A stretch of DNA of 64,000 bases from the NCBI GenBank assembly GCA_963793615.1, contig CAWCAN010000006.1:3499-67498 (forward strand), read 5' to 3'. Positions within the stretch are counted from its first letter, which is position 1; each line of letters opens with the position of its first letter. The notes beneath the pieces were generated by a model. That model did no database searches and had not been told where the DNA came from. It saw nothing but the letters and a program-made list of their open reading frames with translations. This stretch comes from an uncultured Chloroflexia bacterium (GTDB lineage Bacteria; Chloroflexota; Anaerolineae; Anaerolineales; Anaerolineaceae). Shown one piece after another: positions 51,467-61,555 of the stretch. The translations under genes and the position numbers were made by a program.

Positions 51467-51817
51467 TTAAGCTGATTGTGCTTTTTTAACGATTGCAGTA
51501 AATGCTTCTGGATCACGTACTGCCAGGTCTGCCAGCATTTTGCGGTTCAAATTGATCTCCGCTTTTCGCAGGTGATTTACCAGGCGACTGTAGGTGAGAC
51601 CATTCAAGCGGGCAGCAGCATTGATACGGGTAATCCATAATTTGCGCAGGTCACGTTTGCGTACCCGGCGGTCACGGTAGGCGTACCACATGCTTTTCAG
51701 CATGGCTTCATTTGCACGACGGATCAAACGATGACGTGAGCCGGCATACCCTTTTGTGAACTTGAGAATTGACTTGTGGCGTGAAGTACCTTGCGGACCA
51801 CTTTTAATACGAGCCAT
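51467..51817 (-). CDS. rplT: 50S ribosomal protein L20
   Basis: [31 protein letters not shown]... Confidence 0.95.
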   Translation of the reverse strand: MARIKSGPQGTSRHKSILKFTKGYAGSRHRLIRRANEAMLKSMWYAYRDRRVRKRDLRKLWITRINAAARLNGLTYSRLVNHLRKAEINLNRKMLADLAVRDPEAFTAIVKKAQSA

Positions 51818-51904
51818 AATTACTCCTTTGCGAACCCCTGGGCGTCGGTGAAATCACCAGTTATAAACACCCAACAGACGCACTAAAGATGGATACGATG
51901 AGCG

Positions 51905-52114
51905 CTATTTCTTCTCTTTCATGAAAGGCGCCAGATGCTTAACTCGTTTGATGATACTCTCACCTTTTACAGGGATCATCTCGGAGAGCAGTGCTTTTGT
52001 GCGGCCTGGTGTACGGCGACGCAGATGGCTTTTGCCACCTTTGGTGCGTACTACAATCCCGCTGCCCGTCAGGCGAAACCTTTTGGAGGTTGCCTTATGG
52101 GTCTTCAACTTCAT
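51905..52114 (-). CDS. rpmI: 50S ribosomal protein L35
   Basis: MKLKTHKATSKRFRLTGSGIVVRTKGGKSHL. ORF 51905..52141 is trimmed to the internal Met at 52114. Confidence 0.9.
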   Translation of the reverse strand: MKLKTHKATSKRFRLTGSGIVVRTKGGKSHLRRRTPGRTKALLSEMIPVKGESIIKRVKHLAPFMKEKK

Positions 52115-52221
52115 TTTTCCAACTTTTGCTTTCCTTGGCACAGCGAAACTCCTCTAGATAAAATCTGCGGCTGGTTTGGCAGCCGCAGGGATGGATAACA
52201 TCCAGCAGACTGCCAGCTTGA

Positions 52222-52803
52222 TTATTCGGTGAGGACCGCATCACCTTGTTCTGGTGCTGCTTTCTCTTCCAATTCCGCTTTCTTTTTCGATATTTTCAGT
52301 GGAGTGAGCAGCATGGTCATAACACGACCTTCCATGTTTGGCATCTGTTCCACCGAGGCTACATCAGCGAGTTCTTGCGCAACTTCACGCAGGTCTTCGA
52401 GTGCCAATTCGGGGTAGGTAATTTCACGACCTCGAAAGCGCACGGTAACCCGCACTTTCATACCATCTCCAATCCAACGGCGTGCATCTCTTGTTTTAAA
52501 AGAGCGGTGATGCTCATTGGTCTTGGGGCGCAACCGGATTTCTTTAATCTCGATTTTCGTTTGCGCTTTTCGGGCTTCGCGTTCTTTCTTTGTTCGTTCG
52601 TACAGAAACTTGCCAAAATCCATTACCCGGCAGACGGGGGGGTCTGAATTGGGGGCAACCTCAACAAGGTCAAGATCTGCTTCGCGAGCAATCCGTAAGG
52701 CTTCACGGGTTGCAATAACGCCGATGTTCTCTCCGTTTGGTCCGATTACCCGGACTTCCGGAACCCGGATGGTTTCATTTACCCGAAAGGTGGTAGCGCT
52801 GAT
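52222..52803 (-). CDS. infC: translation initiation factor IF-3, apparently starting at a non-canonical ATC codon
   Basis: The frame of ORF 52222..52623 stays open upstream through (I)SATTFRVNETIRVPEVRVIGPNGENIGVIATREALRIAREADLDLVEVAPNSDPPVCRVMDFGKF with no ATG/GTG/TTG. AAGGAGAG lies 5 nt upstream of the ATC at 52803..52801. Confidence 0.8.
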   Translation of the reverse strand: MSATTFRVNETIRVPEVRVIGPNGENIGVIATREALRIAREADLDLVEVAPNSDPPVCRVMDFGKFLYERTKKEREARKAQTKIEIKEIRLRPKTNEHHRSFKTRDARRWIGDGMKVRVTVRFRGREITYPELALEDLREVAQELADVASVEQMPNMEGRVMTMLLTPLKISKKKAELEEKAAPEQGDAVLTE

Positions 52804-52989
52804 AAGAACTCTCCTTTTCTAATACAAACAACACTCCGTTCCAATGAACGGAATTTAGCGAAGGAATGATACCACAGGTATGAATGGTACGTCAACAATA
52901 AATCGTAATGAGCAGGATGTTAATTTATGCGATAATCATTAGGAATTCACAAAGTTCGTTATTCTACCACTATCCAGGGTTATGCGACT

Positions 52990-55425
52990 ATGCTTCAAAG
53001 ACGTACCTGGCAATTTATCTTGGCTATTTTATTTGGCGTTCAGTCCAGTCTTACTTTGGTCTGGATTTTATTAATCCCGGGTGAAGAATCCTCAGCGGTT
53101 TTTCTCGGATTATCACCTTCACGCCTGGTGCTGGTGTTAATTCCCCTTGGTTTGCTCCTATTTTCCATCGGCTGTATTGTTCTTCTCTTGTCCAGGTCAA
53201 CATATTGGAAAGATGGATTGGGTATTTAGAAAACAATGTGGGCTCAAACCACTATGTCTTAATATTTCTCTGGATAAGCATGACTTGTGTCACATTGATC
53301 TTGAGCGGCAGGGTGATTCTTGGGCTGGCAGATGCGGTAATGCAGCGATTGATTCCCGTACTCTTGTTGGTCAGTGTGTTTACTGCTGTGATCGGATTGA
53401 TCGTCTGGTTTGATAAAGGCGAGAAGAGCGTCTTTCGACAACGGATCGAATGGAAGCCAATCGTCTGCATGGCAGGTATTGTAATAACCCTTTCCGTTGC
53501 AGGCGTGATTGTCGGTATATACCCTGCTCTTCACTCCCATCATTACTCGGCAGCAGGCTTACCCATTCTTCCCGCCCAAATAAGCATTTCCATTTATGCT
53601 TCTGTTTGCTCTGCAATCCTGGCAAACTTTGTAAAAAGAAATATCCTAATCAGGAAAATACTACCCATACTGTTTGCAATCACTATTTTTCTGGTGGCAG
53701 CATTGATGTGGACCAGGGTGCCCATTCAAGAAACTTATTTTACCCAGCCTTCCAACCTGGCTGGTGGATCCTTTGTTCCAAATTCGGATTCATTGACCTA
53801 TGACAGCAACGCCCAACTAATGCTGCTGGGAGAAGGATTGGCGGGGGGAGATGCATTACCCCGCCCTTTGTACTCGTTCATCCTTGGGATTTTACATTTA
53901 CTTGTGGGTACAGGTATTAAAGAAGTCATTAATGCCCAGACAATAATCCTGGCACTTATTCCCGTTGGATTGTACTTTCTGGGACGAAAAATTAAATTCC
54001 CCGGCTGCAGGGATATTAGCAGCATTTCTATTCATATTTCGTGAATATAACCAGGCTGTACTTAGCAGCGCATACACTCTTTCAAGTGTTCGTATGCTGA
54101 TGTCGGAACCAATCATGGCGGGGTCCCTGGTTGTCTTGCTTGTTGAGCGCATCCAACTGGTTACAGCACCCCAGTTCACGAACGTGTGCATTTGTAACAG
54201 GTATATTGCTTGGTTTATCCGCACTAATCCGAACCCAGGTGTTTGTTCTTTTACCGTTACTCTTGTTGTGGTCGTTTTTGGTGCATAATCGTCAACACAA
54301 GCAATGGTTAAATCCAGTTTGTGGTTGATATTGGGCTTGATTATAGTGGTGTTTGCCTGGATGGGTCGAAATGCGCTTCGTAATGGGGCATTCGTCTTTG
54401 AAGATCCCGGGTACTCTTCCAGAACCCTGGTGGCGAATGAAGGTGAGGATGAGGAAGGCGGCATTGTCGAAATCGCACTTAACGCCCCGGGTGAATTTTT
54501 CCAGAACACTGCATCTTATCTCACCAATAATGTGCTGAGTTCCCTGTATCAATTACCCTGGGGTGCTGACTGGAATTTTGACCTGCCAGGTTATAAAAGT
54601 CTGCACCCTGAACAACCGTTTTACCCGGCCTTTGATCCGGAACCATACCAAATCCTGTTCATCGTGCTGCATCTGGGTTTTATTGTTCTTGGTCTGGCTT
54701 TTGCTATGGAGAGTTCAACGTTGGGCAGGCATGTTGCCCAATGGCAGTTTATATTGGATATGCTCTTTCAACCAGTGTGGTGGGATTCTCCGGCTGGCGA
54801 TATATTTTGCCTGTTGACTGGATCATCCTGTTCTATTGGGCGGCCGGTTTATTTGAAGCCGGGAGGCTGTTGCGATCTGTTTTTCGTGTTAAAACAGAAC
54901 CGGATGCGGTAACCTTGCTCAAAACCCCAACACGAGAATGGCGGATTGGGATTCTCCTGGCTGTGGGCTTGCTGGTGGGATTGTTAATACCCATTGGTGA
55001 ATCGCTTTTCCCGAAGAAAATGGGAGAACTGGGTCAGGATGACATAATGAATAAAATAAAAGCCAGCCCGGCTACAGCAGAGATACTAACCCTGGCAGAA
55101 CAGCCTGATTCCCAGGTTGTGCAAGGAATGTTGTATTATCCAATGGTTTTGCTGGATGAGGATGATTTTGCCCGGTTGAAAATCCGTAGTTCCTGGATAA
55201 TTTCGGAAAGACCTGTTTTGAAATTTGTGGTTGCCCACAAAAACAAAACACAATGTAATCTTGCCGATTGCGGAAATTCCGCAAAACATTTCCAATAGTA
55301 TTCCTGTGATTGTTGTCGGGTGCAGCCGGGCGGGTTGGATGGAAGCATCTGCTTTGTTAGTGGATACCAAAGAACCGTACTGGATTTACAGCAGTCAACC
55401 TGTGTCAGCCAATTGTGAAAAATAA
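52990..55425 (+). CDS. large polytopic membrane protein, GT-C fold glycosyltransferase-like (ArnT/PMT, GT39/GT83-like); at least 6 frame breaks
   Basis: ORFs 52990..53229, 53205..54044, 53965..54288, 54131..54328, 54304..54912, 54741..55298 and 55225..55425 abut or overlap end to end. All are hydrophobic helices plus loop regions. The family call is tentative. Confidence 0.5.
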
Positions 55426-55429
55426 AGCG

Positions 55430-56408
55430 TTATTGCTGGCGGGAATTTCGAGGTCTGGCAGGTACATTTTGAATATCCAATGCCAGGAACTGCAATAGAA
55501 GCTGCACTCCTAAAATGATGGGTAATACCGCCAGCATCACCGTTCCCGTGGAAGTGATAATACCTGTCGTGATTGGATTTAACCACCAGACAATTCCCCA
55601 GGTTAACCCGAAAATTGTTAACAGGGTTCCAGCCACAAGATACAGGGAACCGACAGAAAAATCAAACGTAAAGTATTGCCACCAAATTCGGCGCAGCCAG
55701 GCAAGGAATAATAAGGGCGGAAATTCGATCAGCGTTTTCATTATGGAAAGCGAACTATTTTCAGCACCATAATGAGACGCCATGGGAATATCCGAGATGA
55801 CTGCACGATTGCGATTTAGCTCATTCAAAAGGGAGCACTGAAATAATAGCGGGGTGAAGCCGTTCTAAATTCACCTGCTTTAACATGCTGGCGTCAACTG
55901 CAAAAAATCCATTAGTCGGATCAAAAATGTTCCAATACCCTGATGCTGCTTTTACAATAAATGAGAGGGCAAGGTTTCCCACACGCCGGATAAAAGGCAT
56001 CTGGTTGATGTTCTGATGGGTTGTAAACCGATTGCCTTTGGAGAAATCCGCTTCGCCGCGCAATATCGGGTTGAGTAAAGGCTGCAAATAGGAGGATGGC
56101 ATTTGCCCGTCCCCATCCATTTTTACAACCACGGTGGCATGTACTTCCAGCGCTTTCCGAAAACCACTGACCATGGCACCGCCAACCCCAAGATTTTTGG
56201 GATGATTAATCAGCACAACCCTGGGGTCATTGAGGTTAGAAACCAGTTCGACTGAACGATCCGGGCTGGCATCATTCACAGCAATGATAATATCAACCCA
56301 GTCTGGAATATCTCGGATAACCGCCTGGATGAAGGGTTCCACGCGGTACATGGGGATGATGACTGCTATCTTTTCTATAACCTTGCTGGTCTTATCCTGC
56401 GGAAGCAT
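55430..56408 (-). CDS. GT2-family glycosyltransferase with C-terminal TM helices (polyprenyl-phosphate sugar synthase-like); frame breaks ~55830
   Basis: ORF 55821..56408 has the GT-A domain (IAVIIPMYRVE, VNDASPD, KMDGDGQ). ORF 55430..55828 continues with NRAVISDIPM..YG.ENSSL and two TM helices, as in DPM1/ArnC/GtrB-type enzymes. Confidence 0.7.
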
Positions 56409-56550
56409 CCCGTTTTCCCATCCTTACTTCTCGTGATTATATCATTGCTGGAAAATGAGCATTTTATTTATTGAAGCAGGCTGCAACCATTGCTATTAAC
56501 TTTTGTCAGGATATACTGTATATCAAAACACAGAAATTAATTAGAGGTAA

Positions 56551-57027
56551 ATGATGACAACTACTCCCCAATTTGATTTGCAAGCCGCCCACCACTATTT
56601 TTCCATGAATTGTTTTAACCAAACCTGGGATTTCATGGACAAACCCTCCCGCACCCCGGAGGAAGACCAGTACATGGTTTTGCTTGCCATCGCATCCTAC
56701 TGGCATTGGACAGAACGCACGGATGTAACCCCGACAAATCTTTCGGTTGGATTATGGCAGATAAGCAGAGCCTATGCCTTGACCGGTGATTCCATAAATG
56801 CAGCAGTTTACGCCCAACGCTGCCTGGATATTGGTGTGCGCGAAAATGTTCCCCCGTTTTACCTGGGATTTGCGTATGAAGCCCTGGCACGCGCAGCGAA
56901 AATTGCCGGGGAAAGTGAAAAATCCAAAAAGTACCTGAGCCAGGCTTATGACGCATTAAAAAATGTGGTTGATCCAGAAGAGAAACAGATGCTGTCGAAG
57001 GACCTGGAAGAAATCCGCATCCCATAA
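56551..57027 (+). CDS. hypothetical helical protein
   Basis: 158-aa ORF with ordinary codon usage, followed by a strong terminator. No family recognised. Confidence 0.45.
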   Translation: MMTTTPQFDLQAAHHYFSMNCFNQTWDFMDKPSRTPEEDQYMVLLAIASYWHWTERTDVTPTNLSVGLWQISRAYALTGDSINAAVYAQRCLDIGVRENVPPFYLGFAYEALARAAKIAGESEKSKKYLSQAYDALKNVVDPEEKQMLSKDLEEIRIP

Positions 57028-57033
57028 TCAAAA

Positions 57034-57062
57034 AACAGCGGGAGAATTTCTCCCGCTGTTTT
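57034..57062. terminator. bidirectional terminator hairpin between convergent genes
   Basis: Perfect 12-bp inverted repeat aacagcgggaga / tctcccgctgtt, flanked by aaaaa on the left and tttt on the right. Confidence 0.65.
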
Positions 57063-57082
57063 GCTATCAATGCAACGAACGC

Positions 57083-58865
57083 TCAAATTTTCTTTTCAAT
57101 CTCGTCTTTGGCACGCAGGATGAAATCGGCTAATGGAATTGCTCCCGGATTCTCCCCGGAACGCATTCGCAAAGCCACTTCTCCGGATTCCATTTCTTTA
57201 TCACCCACAACCAGCATGTAAGGGATCTTCTGGTTCTGGGCATCCCGAATCTTGGCATTCATGCGCTCGCCACGGTCATCCACCTCGACCCGCAACCCGG
57301 CTTCTTTAAGCTCTTGAGATACCTGGTTGGCATAGTCCACATGCCGGTCGGCAATGGGAATGACCATGCCTGCACCGGGCTGAGCCAGACCGGGAATGCC
57401 CCGGCATAATGCTCGATCAGGACACCGAAGAAGCGTTCCATGCTGCCCAGCAAGGCGCGATGAACCATGTAGGGGCGATGGGGCTGCCCGTCTTCGCCGA
57501 TATAGGTCAGGTCAAACCGTTCGGGTTCGTTAAAGTCGAACTGGATGGTGGATAGCTGCCATTCCCGGTCGAGGGCATCGTTCACTTTCAGGTCAATTTT
57601 GGGACCATAGAATGCGCCGCCGCCACGGTCAACCTCGTATGGCATGTTGGCACGTTTCAGGGAGTCTTCCAGGGCATCTTCGGCTGCCTGCCATTGTTCC
57701 GGTTCGCCCACTGATTTTTCCGGCTTGGTGCTCAGGTAGGCTTTGATCTTGTCAAAACCGAAAGCACGCAGGATGTGCAACGCTGAAACTGAGCACAAAA
57801 TCGATTTCCTCCGGCATCTGGTCGGGACGGCAGAAATGATGGGCGTCATCCTGGGTGAAGCCGCGCACACGCATCAAGCCATGCAGCACGCCGGAGCGTT
57901 CGTAGCGGTAGACCGTGCCTTTTTCAGCATAGCGCAGAGGCAGGTCGCGGTAGGAGCGCAGGCTGTTCTTGTAGATATGCAGATGGAACGGGCAGTTCAT
58001 CGGTTTAAGATAATACTGCTGCCCTTCGATATCGATTGGCGAGTACATGTTTTCTTTATAAAAACCGAGGTGACCGCTGGTCTCCCACAGGCTGGCTTTG
58101 CCGATATGGGGGGTGTAGACAAAGTCATACCCATTGGCAAGATGCTCGTCTTCCCAGTAGCGTTCAGACAAGCCAGCGCACCATGGCGCCTTTGGGGTGC
58201 CACAGGATCAAACCGGTGCCGACTTCATCGTTGGAGCTGAACAGGTCCAGGTCTTTCCCCACCCGGCGGTGGTCGCGTTTTTTGGCTTCCTCCTGCTTGT
58301 GCAGGTATTCTTCCAGTTCATCTTTCGAGTTCCAGACGGTGCCATAAATGCGCTGCAGCATCGGGCGTTTTTCATCACCGCGCCAGTAGGCACCGGCAAT
58401 GCTCATCAGTTTGAAGGCCTGCGGGTTGATTTGCGAGGTATTATCCACATGCGGACCACGGCACAAATCACTGAAACTGCTGTGGGTGAAGATGGAAATC
58501 TCCGGTTTTTCCGTCAGCGGATTGCCATGCTCGTCCATGCCGCCTTGTTCCAGCCCGTCGATCAATTCGAGTTTGTAGGGTTGATCGGCAAAGACCGTGC
58601 GGGCTTCATCGGCGCTGATGACCTTGCGGTTGAAGACATGTTTGCCGGCGATGATGGTGCGCATCTTCTTTTCGATTTCTTCCAGGTCTTCAGGGGTAAG
58701 CGACCTGGGCAGGTCGAAATCGTAGTAGAAACCGTCATCAATGGCGGGTCCGATGGCAATTTTGGCAGTCGGGAATTTCTCCAACACTGCCTGCGCCATG
58801 ACATGCGCGGTCGAGTGGCGGATGCGGTATAACATGCTCTGTTCGTAATTTTCTTTATCGTTCAT
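57083..58865 (-). CDS. thrS: threonine--tRNA ligase (no N-terminal TGS domain; frame breaks ~57300, ~57800, ~58170)
   Basis: Four abutting ORFs. The N-terminus starts in the editing domain ([12 protein letters not shown]). Class II motifs are in 57259..58171, and the anticodon-binding domain is in 57083..57367. Confidence 0.9.
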
Positions 58866-59130
58866 TCTTCCTCCAGTACGTATTCAAAAAGAAAGCCATT
58901 AAATAAAAATAACCCTTGCCCTGGGGCAAGAGTTACTCTCATGCGGTTCCACCCAGATTAACCTGGTTTCAGGTCATCTCGTTGTACCGATAACGGGGTT
59001 ACCGTCTTCCTTACTTGGTTTGACCCGTTCAGGTTGCCGCTCTCAGGGGGTTTTCACCGGTTTTTCCGAAGGAGAATTGCAGCCATGTTCTCCTCTCTCT
59101 GGCGGTCAGAACCGGTTACTCGTTCTGATC
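58866..59130 (-). promoter_or_regulatory. T-box leader (Thr-type) with intrinsic terminator upstream of thrS
   Basis: The minus strand shows an AGAGAG box, AGTA/GAA S-turn elements, the F-box CCCGTTA and the T-box AATCTGGGTGGAACCGCA (plus 58941..58960). The terminator aactcttgccc/gggcaagggtt plus atttttattt lies at plus 58901..58934. ACC triplets occur in the 3' half of stem I. Confidence 0.7.
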
Positions 59131-59147
59131 ATAGCGTTTCGTATGTG

Positions 59148-59221
59148 TGGGCGGTATAGGACTCGAACCTACGGCCTTTGCGATGTCAACGCAATGCTCT
59201 AACCAACTGAGCTAACCGCCC
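59148..59221 (-). tRNA. tRNA-Val (anticodon GAC)
   Basis: Reverse complement GGGCGGTTAGCTCAGTTGGTTAGAGCATTGCGTTGACATCGCAAAGGCCGTAGGTTCGAGTCCTATACCGCCCA folds as a cloverleaf. The anticodon loop is TTGACAT. Confidence 0.9.
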
Positions 59222-59233
59222 GAGTAAAAAAGA

Positions 59234-59261
59234 ATTATACCTGAATCAGTGATTTATGCAA
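59234..59261 (-). promoter_or_regulatory. sigma-70-type promoter for tRNA-Val (TTGCAT-N16-TATAAT)
   Basis: The minus strand reads TTGCATaaatcactgattcaggTATAAT, ending 12 nt before the tRNA 5' end. Confidence 0.55.
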
Positions 59262-59326
59262 GAAATTTGTTGAAAATTGTGAATTTTTGTGAATTTCGCC
59301 AAAACCTGATTGCCTGGAAATCTTGA

Positions 59327-59842
59327 TCAATTCGCCAATTCGTACGGGATAAAAATTTCTCCCTGGAAAACGCTTGCTTCGTGCCCCACGGCAAACAACT
59401 CAAAATCAACAAAATCATCCAGGCGGGTCATGGGACCGGCACAATACAGGTAATCCGGATGGTCCAGGCGGGTGATGCAGGTATAGGTCTTGTTGGCATC
59501 CACCAGCAGGGAATATTCTCCCTGAACGGGTTCGGGAAATGCAAAAGTGATCAAATAATTCCAGTTGGACAGCACGCCATGGGATACCAGTACAATTTTG
59601 CTGATGTCATCCACCAGAGTGGGCGTAAGCACCTGGTTGGGTGTTGCGGTGGGCGTTGCCAATGCAGTCGGGCGGGGGCTTGCGGTTGCTGCTGCCGGTG
59701 TGACTGTAGGAGGTAAGGGAGTGGAAGTTGTGACCGGTCGTGTGGACGCAGGTTGTGCTTCAGGGGCAGCATTACAGGCAGCCAGCATGAAAACGCATAC
59801 TATGATAAGGATGATTACGAGTGGAGATTTTACAGGTTTCAT
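59327..59842 (-). CDS. hypothetical lipoprotein
   Basis: Likely start MKPVKSPLVIILIIVCVFMLAAC (lipobox) at 59842, followed by a Thr/Pro/Ala-rich linker and a ~100-aa domain. Confidence 0.5.
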   Translation of the reverse strand: MKPVKSPLVIILIIVCVFMLAACNAAPEAQPASTRPVTTSTPLPPTVTPAAATASPRPTALATPTATPNQVLTPTLVDDISKIVLVSHGVLSNWNYLITFAFPEPVQGEYSLLVDANKTYTCITRLDHPDYLYCAGPMTRLDDFVDFELFAVGHEASVFQGEIFIPYELAN

Positions 59843-59934
59843 TTTTTGCCCGGGGTAATTATAGCCGCTCCAGGCTGAAAACAGGCAAACAAAAACCTCC
59901 GGCAGGTGCCGGAGGCTGTTGGGTTTCGTAAAAA

Positions 59935-60756
59935 TCAGGGGAGTACCCACATCTCGGAATTTTCAAAAACGCAATGCTGCCCATAATCCTTGTTGGTGCC
60001 GGATTGCAGGCTGTAGTAGAGTCCCCCGCTGGAAAACTTGGAATCCTGCTTGCGGAAAACCTGCTTGCCATTCACAAAAAAGGTTACCCAATCATCTTCT
60101 GCCACCAGCATGAGCTGGGCATTGCCATCGGGTGTGGAAGGTTTGCCGTAATAGCCGCGCCCTTTTTCCACGTATTTGCCCGATTCAAACGACCACATGT
60201 AAACATATCCATCGAGCGTGTAGAAAATGGCATAGTTGTTGTCGTTATCTTCCAGCCGAAATACAAAGCCGCAGCCCGCTTTGGGCCAATCGGATATTGT
60301 GCTGGCTGTTTCGTAGGTCATGTCGGTTTTCAACACGAAGTTGGCAGGGCTGTAACCGGTGTCGTACCACTGGTACCAGCCGAGCTGCGCCCAGGTCTCG
60401 TCAAAGCCGGGAATGGCAACATATTCCCCGTCAGTGGTGTTGATAATCTTTTCCTGGTACAACCTCTCAATATCCGCCATCATGCCGGATGCCTGCACGG
60501 TTGATTCACCCACCTGCGCCAACTGGGTGGCTACGATGGCTGCAGCCTGGGTGGCGATGCTGTCCGCGGTGGCTTGAAAGCCGTCATCCGGGGTGTCTTC
60601 CACCACTTCAATTTCGGTGGGTTCCTCGGTTTCTACCGGTTCTTCTGTTTCTTCCGGTTCAACAGTCTCATCGGTGGAATTACCAATGCTGAAACCGCAT
60701 GCCATGGTTATTAGAAGTATTACGATGATAAGTTTATAGACCAGGTTCTTTTTCAT
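59935..60756 (-). CDS. hypothetical lipoprotein with an acidic linker and a beta-sandwich-like C-terminal domain
   Basis: Likely start MKKNLVYKLIIVILLITMAC at 60756, followed by a Glu-rich linker (EPEETEEPVETEEPTEIE). No family confidently recognised. Confidence 0.5.
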   Translation of the reverse strand: MKKNLVYKLIIVILLITMACGFSIGNSTDETVEPEETEEPVETEEPTEIEVVEDTPDDGFQATADSIATQAAAIVATQLAQVGESTVQASGMMADIERLYQEKIINTTDGEYVAIPGFDETWAQLGWYQWYDTGYSPANFVLKTDMTYETASTISDWPKAGCGFVFRLEDNDNNYAIFYTLDGYVYMWSFESGKYVEKGRGYYGKPSTPDGNAQLMLVAEDDWVTFFVNGKQVFRKQDSKFSSGGLYYSLQSGTNKDYGQHCVFENSEMWVLP

Positions 60757-60772
60757 CTTTACCGCCGATCTT

Positions 60773-61138
60773 TTATACTGCAAACATATGGAGGTAGTAA
60801 ATAGTCTCCGTGATGTTTGAAAATACGCTGCCAATGCCGGGACCAAGTAATGCCATTACGGTGATGAAGCAAACCGGGATGAGGATCAGTGCCAGCCAGA
60901 TGTAACCCAAAATCAAGCCGGCGGTTGCCATGCCTTCGCCGCTGTATTTGTCCGGGTTCTCTTTAAATTGCTTTTTGGCAATGTGACCGGTGATGATGGC
61001 AATCAGGGAAAAGCCAATGATGCCCGTGATCAGGCTGATGATGGCAAGCGTATTCGTTTGCGGTCCAACGGGACCAGGATAAGGCTGCTGCCCATACGCT
61101 GGAGGAGGGGGAGGGGTGTATGAGGGATAGCTGGACAT
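60773..61138 (-). CDS. DUF4190-like small membrane protein with a Pro/Tyr-rich N-terminus
   Basis: MSSYPSYTPPPPPAYGQQPYPGP, then two hydrophobic hairpins (TNTLAIISLITGIIGF...GLILGYIWLALILI). Confidence 0.65.
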   Translation of the reverse strand: MSSYPSYTPPPPPAYGQQPYPGPVGPQTNTLAIISLITGIIGFSLIAIITGHIAKKQFKENPDKYSGEGMATAGLILGYIWLALILIPVCFITVMALLGPGIGSVFSNITETIYYLHMFAV

Positions 61139-61227
61139 AAAAATTGCTCCTTGATTAAAGAAATGTTAATGGATGAAGAGATTATAGCCGAATCCCAGGC
61201 TGAATCCAAGAGGCAGGATGGCACCTA

Positions 61228-61236
61228 TGGTATAAT
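61228..61236 (+). promoter_or_regulatory. extended -10 element (TGgTATAAT) upstream of tRNA-Ser
   Basis: tggtataat ends 16 nt before the tRNA 5' end. No good -35 element was seen. Confidence 0.45.
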
Positions 61237-61252
61237 CGGCATGCTTTACCCC

Positions 61253-61340
<88 letters not shown>

Positions 61341-61366
61341 TCGTATATATGGGCTCTTTTTCAATC

Positions 61367-61389
61367 CTACCCCCCACATGTGGGGGTAG
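61367..61389 (+). terminator. GC-rich palindromic hairpin downstream of tRNA-Ser (possible terminator)
   Basis: ctaccccc(c)acatgtgggggtag, followed by tgccttt. The U-run is weak. Confidence 0.35.
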
Positions 61390-61555
61390 TGCCTTTAAGT
61401 CCCTAATTTGTTAATGTGTAGTCGTGCGCGCTACACTCCGATTAAACTATCCCACTTTTACCCTGACAGGCTGTTAGTTCCGAACGATTTGCAAGCACTT
61501 ATAAGACAATGTTTGTGATACTTGAGTTTGATATATATTCCACTAATCTGTGAAA

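Noticed and set aside
55430-55828. Stand-alone GtrA-like small membrane protein
   Set aside because: Its N-terminal part (NRAVISDIPM..YGAENSSL) is the conserved continuation of the GT2 catalytic domain encoded by 55821..56408. It is the C-terminal TM region of the same gene after a frame break.
57083-58865. thrS lacking the N-terminal TGS domain, as an unusual feature
   Set aside because: The ORF begins cleanly in the editing domain with a good RBS directly after the T-box terminator. As far as I recall, TGS-less ThrRS forms exist, so I treat this as normal variation.
61367-61389. C5-N6-G5 palindrome resembling the CCCCCATATATGGGGG site upstream of nrdR, as a possible second copy of a regulatory motif
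   Set aside because: Its centre is ACATGT rather than ATATAT. Its position right after a tRNA fits a terminator or processing hairpin. Two occurrences are not enough to call a motif.
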